NCBI GenBank assembly: GCA_964016885.1
Contig: OZ024740.1
Span: forward strand, 77,190,001 to 77,254,000
Direction: 5' to 3'
Length of the DNA: 64,000 nucleotides
From: Eledone cirrhosa
Taxonomy: Eukaryota
This document shows positions 1 through 14,100 of the stretch, in pieces. Each line of letters begins with the position of its first letter. Within the stretch, counting starts at the first letter, position 1. Below the pieces are notes generated by a model. The model did not search any database and was not told where the DNA came from. It worked only from the letters and a program-made list of their open reading frames with translations. The translations under genes and the position numbers were made by a program.

Positions 1-3000
1 CTGTTGATGTTGAGGTTGGTGTTGTTAGCGATGGTATTGGAGTTGGCATTGGTGTTGGTGGTGGTGGTGGGGCTGGAGTGCTGTTGATGTTGATGTTGGT
101 GTTGTTAGCGATGGTATTGGAGTTGGCACTGGTGTTGGTGGTGGTGGTGGGGCTGGAGTGCTGTTGATGTTGAGGTTGGTGTTGTTAGCGATGGTATTGG
201 AGTTGGCATTGGTGTTGGTGGTAGTGGTGGGGCTGGAGTGCTGTTGATGTTGATGTTGGTGTTGTTAGCGATGGTATTGGAGTTGGTGTTGGAGTTGTAG
301 GTGGGGCTTGAGTGCTGTTGATGTTGATATTGGTGTTGTTAGCGATGGTATTGGAGCTGGCGTTGGTTTTGGTGATGGTGGTGGGGCTGGAGTGCTGTTG
401 ATGTTGATGTTGGTGTTGTTAGCGATGGTATGGGAGTTGGTGTTGGTGTTGGTGGTGGGGCTGGAGTGCTGTTGATGTTGATGTTGGTGTTGTTAGCGAT
501 GGTATTGGAGTTGGCGTTGGTGTTGGTGTTGGTGGTGGGGCTGGAGTGCTGTTGATGTTGATGTTGGTGTTGTTAGCGATGCTATTGGAGTTGGCGTTGG
601 TGTTGGTGTTGGTGGTGGGGTTGGAGTGTTGTTGATGTTGATGTTGGTGTTGTTAGCGATGGTATTGGAGTTGGTGTTGGTTTTGGTGTTGGGGCTGGAG
701 TGCTGTTGATGTTGATGTTGGTGTTGTTAGCGATGGTATTGGAGTTGGTGTTGGTTTTGGTGTTGGGGCTGGAGTGCTGTTGATGTTGATGTTGGTTTTG
801 TTAGCGATGGTATTGGAGTTGGTGTTGGTTTTGCTGTTGGGGCTGGAGTGCTGTTGATGTTGATGTTGGTGTTGTTAGCGATGGTATTGGAGTTGGTGTT
901 GGTTTTGGTGTTGGGGCTGGAGTGCTGTTGATGTTGATGTTGGTGTTGTTAGCGATGGTATTGGAGTTGGTGTTGGTTTTGGTGTTAGGGCTGGAGTGCT
1001 GTTGATGTTGATGTTGGTGTTGTTAGCGATGGTATTGGAGTTGGTGTTGGTGTTGGTGGTGGGGCTGGAATGCTGTTTATGTTGATGTTGGTGTTGTTAG
1101 CGATGGTATTGGAGTTGGCGATGGTGTTGGTGGTGGGGCTGGAGTGCTGTTGATGTTGATGTTGGTGTTGTTAGCGATGGTATGGGAGTTGGTGTTGGTG
1201 GAGGGCTGGAGTGTTGTTCATGTTGATGTTGGTGTTGTTAGCGATGGTATTGGAGTTGGCGTTGGTGTTGGTGTTGGTGGTGGCGTTGGAGTGCTGATGA
1301 TGTTAATGTTGGTGTTGTTAGTGATGGTATTGGAGTTGCTGTTGGTGTTGGTGGTGGGGCTGGAGTGCTGTTGATGTTGATGTTGGTGTTGTTAGCGATG
1401 GTATGGCAGTTGGTGTTGGTGGAGGGCTGGAGTGCTGTTGATGTTGATGTTGGTGTTGTTAGCGATGGTATTGGAGTCGGCATTGGTGTTGGTGGTGGAG
1501 CTGGAGTGCTGTTGATGTTGATGTTGGTGTTGTTAGCGATGGTATTGGAGTTGGCATTGGTGTTGGTGGTGGAGCTGGAGTGCTGTTGATGTTGATGTTG
1601 GTGTTGTTAGCGATGGTAATGGAGTTGGCGTTGGTGTTGGTGTTGGTGGTGGCGTTGGAGTGCTGTTGATGTTAATGTTGGTGTTGTTAGTGATGGTATT
1701 GGAGTTGGTGTTGGTGTTGGTGGTGGGGCTGGAGTGCAGTTGCTGTTGATGTTGGTGTTGTTAGCGATGGTACTGGAGTTGGCATTGGTGTTGGTGTTGG
1801 GGCTGGAGTGCTGTTGTTGTTGATATTGGTGTTGTTAGCGATGGTATTGGAGTTGGTGTTGGTGTTGGTGGTGGGGCTGGAGTGCTGTTGATGTTGATGT
1901 TGGTGTTGTTAGCGATGGTATTGGAGTTGGTGTTGGAGTTGGTGGTGGGGCTGGAGTGCTGTTGATGTTGATGTTGGTGTTGTTAGCGATGGTATTGGAG
2001 TTGGCTTTGGTGTTGGTGGTGGGGCTGGAGTGCTGATGATGTTGATGTTGGTGTTGTTAGCGATGGTATTGGAGTTGGTGTTGGTGGTGGTGGTGGTGGG
2101 GCTGGAGTGCTGTTGATGTTGATGTTGATGTTGTTAGTGATGATTTTGGTGTTGGCGTTGGTGTTGCTGGTGGGGGTGGAGTGCTGTTGATGTTGATGTT
2201 GGTGTTGTTAGCGATGGTATTGGAGTTGGCGTTGGTGTTGGTGGTGGGGCTGGAGTGCTGTTGATGTTGATGTTGGTGTTGTTAGCGATGGTATTGGAGT
2301 TAGCGTTAGTGTTGGTGTTGTTGCTGGAGTGCTGTTGATGTTGATGTTGGTGTTGTTAGCGATGGTATTGGAGTTGGCGTTGGTGTTGGTGGTGGGGCTG
2401 GAGTGCTGTTGATGTTGATGTTGGTGTTGTTAGCGATGGTATTGGAGTTGGTGTCGTATTGGTGGTGGTCGCGGTGCTGGAGCGCTCTTGATGTTGATGT
2501 TGGTGTTGTTAGCGATGGTATTGGCGTTGGTGTTGGTGGTGGGGCTGGAGTGCTGTTGATGTTGATGTTGGTGTTGTTAGCGATGGTATTGGAGTTGGCG
2601 TTGGTGTTGGTGGTGGGGCTGGAGTGCTGTTGATGTTGATGCTGGTGTTGTTAGTGATGGTATTGGAGTTGGCGTTGGTGTTGGTGGTGGGGCTGGAGTG
2701 TTGCTGATGTTGATGTTGGTGTTGTTAGGGATGGTATTGGTGTTGGCTTTGGCGTTGGTGGTGGCTCTGGAGTGCTGTTGATGTTGATGTTCGTGTTGTT
2801 AGCGATGGTATTGGAGTTGGCATTGGTGTTGGTGGTGGTGGTGGGGCTGGAGTGCTGTTGATGTTGATGTTGGTGTTGTTAGCGATGGTATTGGAGTTGG
2901 CACTGGTGTTGGTGGTGGTGGTGGGGCTGGAGTGCTGTTGATGTTGAGGTTGGTGTTGTTAGCGATGGTATTGGAGTTGGCATTGGTGTTGGTGGTGGTG

Positions 3001-5620
3001 GTGGGGCTGGAGTGCTGTTGATGTTGATGTTGGTGTTGTTAGCGATGGTATTGGAGTTGGTGTTGGAGTTGTAGGTGGGGCTTGAGTGCTGTTGATGTTG
3101 ATATTGGTGTTGTTAGCGATGGTATTGGAGCTGGCGTTGGTTTTGGTGATGGTGGTGGGCTGGAGTGCTGTTGATGTTGATGTTGGTGTTGTTAGCGATG
3201 GTATGGGAGTTGGTGTTGGTGTTGGTGGTGGGGCTGGAGTGCTGTTGATGTTGATGTTGGTGTTGTTAGCGATGGTATTGGAGTTGGCGTTGGTGTTGGT
3301 GTTGGTGGTGGGGCTGGAGTGCTGTTGATGTTGATGTTGGTGTTGTTAGCGATGCTATTGGAGTTGGCGTTGGTGTTGGTGTTGGTGGTGGGGTTGGAGT
3401 GTTGTTGATGTTGATGTTGGTGTTGTTAGCGATGGTATTGGAGTTGGTGTTGGTTTTGGTGTTGGGGCTGGAGTGCTGTTGATGTTGATGTTGGTGTTGT
3501 TAGCGATGGTATTGGAGTTGGTGTTGGTTTTGGTGTTGGGGCTGGAGTGCTGTTGATGTTGATGTTGGTGTTGTTAGCGATGGTATTGGAGTTGGTGTTG
3601 GTTTTGGTGTTGGGGCTGGAGTGCTGTTGATGTTGATGTTGGTGTTGTTAGCGATGGTATTGGAGTTGGTGTTGGTTTTGGTATTGGGGCTGGAGTGCTG
3701 TTGATGTTGATGTTGGTGTTGTTAGCGATGGTATTGGAGTTGGTGTTGGTTTTGGTGTTGGGGCTGGAGTGCTGTTGATGTTGATGTTGGTGTTGTTAGC
3801 GATGGTATTGGAGTTGGTGTTGGTGTTGGTGGTGGGGCTGGAATGCTGTTTATGTTGATGTTGGTGTTGTTAGCGATGGTATTGGAGTTGGCGATGGTGT
3901 TGGTGGTGGGGCTGGAGTGCTGTTGATGTTGATGTTGGTGTTGTTAGCGATGGTATGGGAGTTGGTGTTGGTGGAGGGCTGGAGTGCTGTTGATGTTGAT
4001 GTTGGTGTTGTTAGCGATGGTATTGGAGTTGGCATTGGTGTTGGTGGTAGAGCTGGAGTGCTGTTGATGTTGATGTTGGTTTTGTTAGCGATGGTATTGG
4101 AGTTGGCGTTGGTGTTGGTGTTGGTGGTGGCGTTGGAGTGCTGATGATGTTAATGTTGGTGTTGTTAGTGATGGTATTGGAGTTGGTGTTGGTGTTGGTG
4201 GTGGGGCTGGAGTGCTGTTGATGTTGATGTTGGTGTTGTTAGCGATGGTATGGGAGTTGGTGTTGGTGGAGGGCTGGAGTGCTGTTGATGTTCATGTTGG
4301 TGTTGTTATCGATGGTATTGGAGTCGGCATTGGTGTTGGTGGTGGAGCTGGAGTGCTGTTGATGTTGATGTTGGTGTTGTTAGCGATGGTATTGGAGTTG
4401 GCATTGGTGTTGGTGGTGGAGCTGGAGTGCTGTTGATGTTGATGTTGGTGTTGTTAGCGATGGTATTGGAGTTGGCGTTGGTGTTGGTGTTGGTGGTGGC
4501 GTTGGAGTGCTGTTGATGTTAATGTTGGTGTTGTTAGTGATGGTATTGGAGTTGGTGTTGGTGTTGGTGGTGGGGCTGGAGTGCAGTTGCTGTTGATGTT
4601 GGTGTTGTTAGCGATGGTACTGGAGTTGGCATTGGTGTTGGTGCTGGGGCTGGAGTGCTGTTGTTGTTGATATTGGTGTTGTTAGCGATGGTATTGGAGT
4701 TGGTGTTGATGTTGGTGGTGGGGCTGGAGTGCTGTTGATGTTGATATTGGTGTTGTTAGCGATGGTATTGGAGTTGGTGTTGGTGTTGGTGGTGGGGCTG
4801 GAGTGCTGTTGATGTTGATGTTGGTGTTGTTAGCGATGGTATTGGAGTTGGTGTTGGAGTTGGTGGTGGGGCTGGAGTGCTGTTGATGTTGATGTTGGTG
4901 TTGTTAGCGATGGTATTGGAGTTGGCTTTGGTGTTGGTGGTGGGGCTGGAGTGCTGATGATGTTGATGTTGGTGTTGTTAGCGATGGTATTGGAGTTGGT
5001 GTTGGTGGTGGTGGTGGTGGGGCTGGAGTGCTGTTGATGTTGATGTTGATGTTGTTAGTGATGATTTTGGTGTTGGCGTTGGTGTTGCTGGTGGGGGTGG
5101 AGTGCTGTTGATGTTGATGTTGGTGTTGTTAGCGATGGTATTGGAGTTGGCGTTGGTGTTGGTGGTGGGGCTGGAGTGCTGTTGATGTTGATGTTGGTGT
5201 TGTTAGCGATGGTATTGGAGTTAGCGTTGGTGTTGGTGTTGGTGCTGGAGTGCTGTTGATGTTGATGTTGGTGTTGTTAGCGATGGTATTGGAGTTGGCG
5301 TTGGTGTTGGTGGTGGGGCTGGAGTGCTGTTGATGTTGATGTTGGTGTTGTTAGCGATGGTATTGGAGTTGGTGTCGTATTGGTGGTGGTCGCGGTGCTG
5401 GAGCGCTCTTGATGTTGATGTTGGTGTTGTTAGCGATGGTATTGGCGTTGGTGTTGGTGGTGGGGCTGGAGTGCTGTTGATGTTGATGTTGGTGTTGTTA
5501 GCGATGGTATTGGAGTTGGCGTTGGTGTTGGTGGTGGGGCTGGAGTGTTGCTGATGTTGATGTTGGTGTTGTTAGGGATGGTATTGGTGTTGGCTTTGGC
5601 GTTGGTGGTGGCTCTGGAGT
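1..5620. repeat. Block A: ~2.8-2.9 kb tandem duplication (copy 1 ~1-2774, copy 2 ~2775-5620)
   Basis: Diagnostic variants recur in order: cact 127/2901 and gttgtag 294/3068 (offset 2774), gtcgtattgg 2453/5374 (offset 2921). ORFs 2403 and 5324 translate identically. Offsets change in whole-monomer steps. Confidence 0.92.
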
Positions 5621-6379
5621 GCTGTTGATGTTGATGTTGGTGTTGTTAGCGATGGTATTGGAGTTGGGGTTGGTGTTGGTGGTGGGGCTGGAATGCTGTT
5701 TATGTTGATGTTGGTGTTGTTAGCGATGGTATTGGATTTGGCGTTGGTGTTGGTGTTGGTGGTGGGGTTGGAGTGCTGTTGATGTTGATGTTGGTGTTGT
5801 TAGCGATGGTTTTGGAGTTGCCGTTGGTGATGGTGTTGGGGCTTGAGTGCTGTTGATGTTGATATTGGTGTTGTTAGCGATGGTATTGGATTTGGCGTTG
5901 GTGTTGGTGTTGGTGGTGGGGTTGGAGTGCTGTTGATGTTCATGTTGGTGTTGTTAGCGATGGTATGGGAGTTGGTGTTGGATTTGGTGTTCGGGCTGGA
6001 GTGCTGTTGATGTTGATGTTGGTGTTGTTAGGGATCGTATTGGAGTTGGCGTTGGTGTTGGTGGTGGGGCTGGAGTGCTGTTGATTTTGATATTGGTGTT
6101 GTTAGCGATGGTATTGGAGTTGGTGTTGGAGTTGGTGGTGGGGCTGGAGTGCTGTTGATGTTGATGTTGGTGTTGTTAGCGATGGTATTGCAGTTGGTGT
6201 TGGAGTTGGTGGTGGGGCTGGAGTGCTGTTGATGTTGATGTTGGTGTTGTTAGCGATGGTATTGGAGTTGGTGTTGGAGTTGTGGGTGGGGCTGGAGTGC
6301 TGTTGATGTTGATGTTGGTGTTGTTAGCGATGGTATTGCAGTTGGTGTTGGAGTTGGTGGTGGGGCTGGAGTGCTGTTG

Positions 6380-9300
6380 ATGTTGATGTTGGTGTTGTTA
6401 GCGATGGTATTGGAGTTGGTGTTGGAGTTGTGGGTGGGGCTGGAGTGCTGTTGATGTTGATATTGGTGTTGTTAGCGATGGTATTGGAGTTGGCATTGGT
6501 GTTGGTGGTGGGGCTGGAATGCTGTTCATGTTGATGTTAGTGTTGTTAGCGATGGTATTGGAGTTGGTGTTGGTGTTGGTGTTGGTGTTGGTTGTGGGGC
6601 TGGAGTGCTGATGATGTTGATGTTGGTGTTGTTAGCGATGGTATTGGAGTTGGCGTTGGTGTTGGTGTTGGTGGTGGGGTTGGAGTGCTGTTGATGTTGA
6701 TGTTGGTTTTGTTAGCGATGGTATTGGAGTTGGTGTTGGTGTTGGTGTTGGTGTTGGTTGTGGGGCTGGAGTGCTGATGATGTTGATGTTGGTGTTGTTA
6801 GCGATGGTATTGGAGTTGGCGTTGGTGTTGGTGTTGGTGGTGGGGCTGGAGTGCTGTTGATGTTGATGTTGGTGTTGTTAGCGATGGTATTGGAGTTGGT
6901 GTTGGAGTTGTGGGTGTGGCTGGAGTGCTGTTGAAGTTGATATTGGTGTTGTTAGCGATGGTATTGGAGTTGGTGTTGGTGTTGGTGGTGGGGCTGGAGT
7001 GCTGTTGAAGTTGATGTTGGTGTTGTTAGCGATGGTATTGGAGTTGGGGTTGGCGTTGGTGGTGGGGCTGGAGTGCTGTTGATGTTGATGTTGGTGTTGT
7101 TAGCGATGGTATTGGAGTTGGGGTTGGCGTTGGTGGTGGGGCTGGAGTGCTGTTGATGTTGATGTTGGTGTTGTTAGCAATGGTATTGGAGTTGGTGTTG
7201 GTGTTGGTTGTGGGGCTGGAGTGCTGTTGATGTTGATGTTGGTATTGTTAACGATGGTATTGGAGTTGGCGTTGGTGTTGGTGTTGGTGGTGTGGCTGGA
7301 GTGCTGTTGATGTTGATGTTGGTGTTGTTAGCGATGGTATTGGAGTTGGTGTCGGTGTTGGTGGTGTGGCTGGAGTTCTGTTGATGTTGATGTTGGTGTT
7401 GTTAGCGATGGTAGTGGAGTTGGCGATGGTGTTGGTGTTGATGTGGGGGCTGGACTGCTGATGAAGTTGATGTTGGTTTTGTTAGCGATGGTATTGGAGT
7501 TGTCGTTTGTGTTAGTGTTTATGGTGGGGCTGGAGTGCTGTTGATGTTGATGTTGGTGTTGTTAGCGATGGTATTGGAGTTGGTGTTGGTGTTGGTGGTG
7601 GGGCTGGAGTGCTGTTGATGTTGATGTTGGTTTTGTTAGCGATGGTATTGGAGTTGGTGTGGTGTTGGTGGTGGGGCGGGAGTGTTTTTGATGTTGATGT
7701 TGGTGTTGTTAGCGATGTTATTGGAGGTGGCGTTGGTGTTGGTAGTGGTGCTGGAGTGCTGTTGATGTTGATGTTGGTGTTGTTAGGGATGGTATTGGAT
7801 TTGGCGTTGGTGCTGGTGGTGGGGCTGGAGTGCTGTTGATGTTGATGTTGGTGTTGTTAGCGATGCTATTGGAGTTGGCGTTGGTGTTGGTGTTGGTGGT
7901 GGGGTTGGAGTGCTGTTGATGTTGATGTTGTTAGCGATGGTATGGGAGTTGGTGTTGGTTTTGGTGCTGGGGCTGGAGTGCTGTTGATGTTGATGTTGGT
8001 GTTGTTAGCGATGGTATTGGAGTTGGCGTTGGTGTTGGTGTTGGTGGTGGGGTTGGAGTGCTGTTAATGTTAATGTTGGTGTTGTTAGCGATGGTATTGG
8101 AGGTAGCGTTGGTGTTGGTGGTGGGGCTGGAGTGCTGTTGATGTTAATGTTGGTGTTGTTAGGGATGGTATTGGAGTTGGTGTTGGTGGTGGGGCTGGAG
8201 TGTTGTTGATTTTGATGTTGGTGTTGTTAGCGATGTTATTGGAGGTGGTGTTGGTGTTGGTGGTGGGGCTGGAGTGCTGTTGATGTTGATGTTCGTATTG
8301 TTAGCGATGGTATTGGAGTTGGTGTTGGTGTTGGTGGTGGGGCTGGAGTGCTGTTGATGTTGATGTTGGTCTTGTTAGCGATGGTATTGGAGTTGTCGCT
8401 GGTGTCGGTGTTGGTAGTGGGGCTGTAGTGCTGTTGATGTTGATGTTGGTGTTGTTAGCGATGTTATTGGAGGTGGCGTTGGTGTTGGTGGTGGGGCTGC
8501 AGTGCTGTTGATGTTCGTATTGTTAGCGATGGTATTGGAGTTGGTGTTGGTGTTGGTGGTGGGGCTGGAGTGCTGTTGATGTTGATGTTGGTGTTGTTAG
8601 CGATGGTATTGGAGTGGTCGTTGGTGTTGGTGTTGGTGGTGGGGCTGGAGTGCTGTTGATGTTGATGTTGGTTTTGTTTGCGATGGTTCTGGAGTTCGTG
8701 TTGGTGTTAGTGGTGGGGCTGGAGTGTTGTTGATATTGATGTTGGTGTTGTTAGCGATGGTATTGGAGTTGGTGTTGGTGTTGGTGGTGGGGCTGGAGTG
8801 CTGTTGATGTTGATGTTGGTGTTGTTAGGGATGGTATTGAGTTGGCGTTGGTGTTGGTGGTGGGGCTGGAGTGCTGTTGATGTTGATGTTGGTGTTGGTA
8901 GCGATGGTATTGGAGTTGGTGTTGGAGTTGTGGGTGGGGCTGGAGTGCTGTTGATGTTGATATTGGTGTTGTTAGCGATGGTATTGGAGTTGGCATTGGT
9001 GTTGGTGGTGGGGCTGGAATGCTGTTGATGTTGATGTTAGTGTTGTTAGCGATGGTATTGGAGTTGGTGTTGGTGTTGGTGTTGGTGTTGGTTGTGGGGC
9101 TGGAGTGCTGATGATGTTGATGTTGGTGTTGTTAGCGATGGTATTGGAGTTGGCGTTGGTGTTGGTGTTGGTGGTGGGGTTGGAGTGCTGTTGATGTTGA
9201 TGTTGGTTTTGTTAGCGATGGTATTGGAGTTGGTGTTGGTGTTGGTGTTGGTGTTGGTTGTGGGGCTGGAGTGCTGATGATGTTGATGTTGGTGTTGTTA

Positions 9301-11100
9301 GCGATGGTATTGGAGTTGGCGTTGGTGTTGGTGTTGGTGGTGGGGCTGGAGTGCTGTTGATGTTGATGTTGGTGTTGTTAGCGATGGTATTGGAGTTGGT
9401 GTTGGAGTTGTGGGTGGGGCTGGAGTGCTGTTGAAGTTGATATTTGTGTTGTTAGCGATGGTATTGGAGTTGGTGTTGGTGTTGGTGGTGGGGCTGGAGT
9501 GCTGTTGAAGTTGATGTTGGTGTTGTTAGCGATGGTATTGGAGTTGGGGTTGGCGTTGGTGGTGGGGCTGGAGTGCTGTTGATGTTGATGTTGGTGTTGT
9601 TAGCGATGGTATTGGAGTTGGGGTTGGCGTTGGTGGTGGGGCTGGAGTGCTGTTGATGTTGATGTTGGTGTTGTTAGCAATGGTATTGGAGTTGGTGTTG
9701 GTGTTGGTTGTGGGGCTGGAGTGCTGTTGATGTTGATGTTGGTGTTGTTAACGATGGTATTGGAGTTGGCGTTGGTGTTGGTGTTGGTGGTGTGGCTGGA
9801 GTGCTGTTGATGTTGATGTTGGTGTTGTTAGCGATGGTATTGGAGTTGGTGTTGGTGTTGGTGGTGGGGCTGGAGTGCTGTTGATGTTGATGTTGGTTTT
9901 GTTAGCGATGGTATTGGAGTTGGTGTGGTGTTGGTGGTGGGGCGGGAGTGTTTTTGATGTTGATGTTGGTGTTGTTAGCGATGTTATTGGAGGTGGCGTT
10001 GGTGTTGGTAGTGGTGCTGGAGTGCTGTTGATGTTGATGTTGGTGTTGTTAGGGATGGTATTGGATTTGGCGTTGGTGCTGGTGGTGGGGCTGGAGTGCT
10101 GTTGATGTTGATGTTGGTGTTGTTAGCGATGCTATTGGAGTTGGCGTTGGTGTTGGTGTTGGTGGTGGGGTTGGAGTGCTGTTGATGTTGATGTTGTTAG
10201 CGATGGTATGGGAGTTGGTGTTGGTTTTGGTGCTGGGGCTGGAGTGCTGTTGATGTTGATGTTGGTGTTGTTAGCGATGGTATTGGAGTTGGCGTTGGTG
10301 TTGGTGGTGGGGCTGGAGTGCTGTTGATGTTAATGTTGGTGTTGTTAGCGATGGTATTGGAGTTGGTGTTGGTGGTGGGGCTGGAGTGTTGTTGATTTTG
10401 ATGTTGGTGTTGTTAGCGATGTTATTGGAGGTGGTGTTGGTGTTGGTGGTGGGGCTGGAGTGCTGTTGATGTTGATGTTCGTATTGTTAGCGATGGTATT
10501 GGAGTTGGTGTTGGTGTTGGTGGTGGGGCTGGAGTGCTGTTGATGTTGATGTTGGTCTTGTTAGCGATGGTATTGGAGTTGTCGTTGGTGTCGGTGTTGG
10601 TAGTGGGGCTGTAGTGCTGTTGATGTTGATGTTGGTGTTGTTAGCGATGTTATTGGAGGTGGCGTTGGTGTTGGTGGTGGGGCTGGAGTGCTGTTGATGT
10701 TCGTATTGTTAGCGATGGTATTGGAGTTGGTGTTGGTGTTGGTGGTGGGGCTGGAGTGCTGTTGATGTTGATGTTGGTGTTGTTAGCGATGGTATTGGAG
10801 TGGTCGTTGGTGTTGGTGTTGGTGGTGGGGCTGGAGTGCTGTTGATGTTGATGTTGGTTTTGTTTGCGATGGTTCTGGAGTTCGTGTTGGTGTTAGTGGT
10901 GGGGCTGGAGTGTTGTTGATATTGATGTTGGTGTTGTTAGCGATGGTATTGGAGTTGGTGTTGGTGTTGGTGGTGGGGCTGGAGTGCTGTTGATGTTGAT
11001 GTTGGTGTTGTTAGGGATGGTATTGAGTTGGCGTTGGTGTTGGTGGTGGGGCTGGAGTGCTGTTGATGTTGATGTTGGTGTTGGTAGCGATGGTACTGGA
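6380..11100. repeat. Block B: ~2.2-2.5 kb tandem duplication (copy 1 ~6380-8900, copy 2 ~8900-11100)
   Basis: Identical ORF pairs 6592/9092 (offset 2500) and 7609/9875 (offset 2266); ttggtagcg at 8895/11081 (offset 2186). Copy 2 lacks 234 bp (three monomers at ~7310-7545) and a further 80 bp. Confidence 0.9.
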
Positions 11101-14100
11101 GTTGGTGTTGGTGCTGGTGGTGGCGCTGGAGTGCTGTTGATGTTGATGGTGTGTTGTAAGCGATGGTATTGGAGTTGGTGTTGGTGTTGTTGTTGGTGTT
11201 GTGGCAGGAGTGCTGTTGATGTTGATGTTGGTGTTGTTAGCGATGGTATTGGAGTTGGCGTTGGTGTTGGTGTTGGTGGTGGGGCTGGAGTGCTCTAGAT
11301 GTTGATGTTGGTGTTTTTAGCGATGTTATTGGAGTTGGTGTTGGTGTTGTTGTTGGTGTTGTGGCAGAAGTGCTGTTGATGTTGATGTTGGTGTTGTTAG
11401 CGATGGTATTGGAGTTGGTGTTGGTGTTGGTGGTGTGGCTGGAGTGCTATTGATGTTGATGTTAGTGTTGTTAGCGATGGTATTGGAGTTGGCGATGGTG
11501 TTGATGTTGGTGGTGGGGCGGGAGTGCTGTTGATGTTGATGTTGGTGTTGTTAGCGATGGTTTTGGAGATGGCGTTGGTGTTGGTGTTGGTGGTGGGGTT
11601 GGAGTGCTGTTGATGTTGATGTTGGTGTTGTTAACGATGGTTTTGGAGATGGCGTTGGCGTTGGTGTTGGTGGTGGGGTTGGAATGCTGTTGATGTTCAT
11701 GTTGGTGTTGTTAGCGATGGTATGGGAGTTGGTGTTGGATTTGGTGTTCGGGCTGTGTTGCTGTTGATGTTGATGTTGGTGTTGTTAGGGATGGTATTGG
11801 AGTTGGAGTTGGTGTTGGTGTTGGGGCTGGAGTGCTGTTGATGTTGATGTTGGTGTTGTTAGCGATGGTATTGGAGTTGGTGTTGGAGTTGTGGGTGGGG
11901 CTGGAGTGCTGTTGATGTTGATATTGGTGTTGTTAGCGATGGTATTAGAGTTGGCGTTGGTGTTGGTGTTGGGGCTGGAGTGCTGTTGATGTTGATGTTG
12001 GTGTTGTTAGCGATGGTATTGGAGTTGGTGTTGGAGTTGTGGGTGGGGCTGGAGTGCTGTTGATGTTGATATTGGTGTTGTTAGCGATGGTATTAGAGTT
12101 GGTGTTGGTGTTGGTGGTGGGGCTGGAGTGCTGTTGATGTTGATGTTGGTGTTGTTAGCGATGTCATTGGAGTTGGCGTTGGTGTTGGTGTTGGGGCTGG
12201 AGTGCTGTTGATGTTGATGTTGGTGTTGTTAGCGATGGTATGGGAGTTGGTGTTGGTTTTGGTGTTGGGGCTGGAGTGCTGTTGATGTTGATGTTGGTGT
12301 TGTTAGCGATGGTATTGGAGTTGGCGTTGGTGTTGGTGGTGGGGTTGGAGTGCTGTTGATGTTAATGTTGGTGTTGTTAGCGATGGTATTGGAGTTGGTG
12401 TTGGTGTTGGTGGTGGGGCTGGAGTGCTGTTGATGTTGATGTTGGTGTTGTTAGGGATGGTATTGAGTTGTCGTTGGTGTTGGTGGTGGTGCTGGAGTGC
12501 TGTTGATGTTGATCTTGGTGTTGGTAGCGATGGTACTGGAGTTGGTGTTGGTGCTGGTGGTGGCGCTGGAGTGCTGTTGATGTTGATGGTGTGTTGTTAG
12601 CGATGGTATTGGAGTTGGTGTTGGTGTTGTTGTTGGTGTTGTGGCAGGAGTGCTGTTGATGTTGATGTTGGTGTTGTTAGCGATGGTATTGGAGTTGGCG
12701 TTGGTGTTGGTGGTGGGGCTGGAGTACTGTTGATGTTGATGTTAGTGTTGTTAGCGATGGTTTTGGTGTTGGCGTTGGTGTCGGTGGTGGGGCTGGAGTG
12801 CTGTTGATGTTGATGTTGGTGTTGTTTGCGATGGTATTGGAGTTGGCGTTGGTGTTGGTGTTGGTGGTGTGGCTGGAGTTCTGTTGATGTTGATGTTGGT
12901 GTTGTTAGCAATGGTATTGGAGTTGGTGTTGGTGTTGGTGTTGGTGGTGGGGCTAGAGTGTAGTTGCTGTTGATGTTGGTGTTGTTAGCGATGGTTTTGG
13001 TGTTGGCGTTGGTGTTGGTGGTGGGGCTGGAATGCTGTTTATGTTGATGTTAGTGTTGTTATCGATGGTATTGGAGTTGGCGATGGTGTTGACGTTGGTG
13101 GTGGGGCTGGAGTGCTGTTGATGTTGATGTTGGTGTTGTTAGCGATGGTATTGGAGTTGGCATTGGTGTTGGTGGTGGTGGTGGGGCTGGAGTGCTGTTG
13201 ATGTTGAGGTTGGTGTTGTTAGCGATGGTATTGGAGTTGGCATTGGTGTTGGTGGTGGTGGTGGGGCTGGAGTGCTGTTGATGTTGATGTTGGTGTTGTT
13301 AGCGATGGTATTGGAGTTGGTGTTGGAGTTGTAGGTGGGGCTGGAGTGCTGTTGATGTTGATATTGGTGTTGTTAGCGATGGTATTGGAGTTGGCGTTGG
13401 TTTTGGTGGTGGTGGTGGGGTTGGAGTGCTGTTGATGTTGATGTTGGTGTTGTTAGCTATGGTATTGGAGTTGGCGTTGGTGTTGGTGGTGGGGCTGGAG
13501 TGCTGTTCATGTTGATGTTGGTTTTGTTTGCGATGGTATTGGAGTTGGTGTTAGTGGTGGGGCTGGAATGTTGTTGATATTGATGTTGGTGTTGTTAGCG
13601 ATGGTATTGGAGTTGGTGTTGGTGTTGGTGGTGGGGCTGGAGTGCTGTTGATGTTGATGTTGGTGTTGTTAGGGATGGTATTGAGTTGGCGTTGGTGTTG
13701 GTGTTGGTGGTGGGGTTGGAGTGCTGTTGATGTTGATGTTGGTGTTGGTGCTGGTGGTGGCGCTGGAGTGCTGTTGATGTTGATGTTGGTGTTGTTAGCG
13801 ATGGTATTGAGTTGGCGTTGGTGTTGGTGTTGGTGGTGGGGCTGGAGTGCTGTTGATGTTGATGTTGGTGTTGTTAGGGATGGTATTGAGTTGGCGTTGG
13901 TGTTGGTGTTGGTGGTGGGGCTGGAGTGCTGTTGATGTTGATGTTGGTGTTGGTGCTGGTGGTGGCGCTGGAGTGCTGTTGATGTTGATGTTGGTGTTGT
14001 TAGCGATGGTATTGGAGTTGGCGTTGGTGTTGGTGTTGGTGGTGGGGTTGGAGTGCTGTTGATGTTAATGCTGGTGTTGTTAGCGATGGTATTGGAGTTG

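Noticed and set aside
2720-2735. TTAGGG telomeric repeat
   Set aside because: These are isolated single hexamers produced by a C-to-G change in ttagcg and are never tandem.
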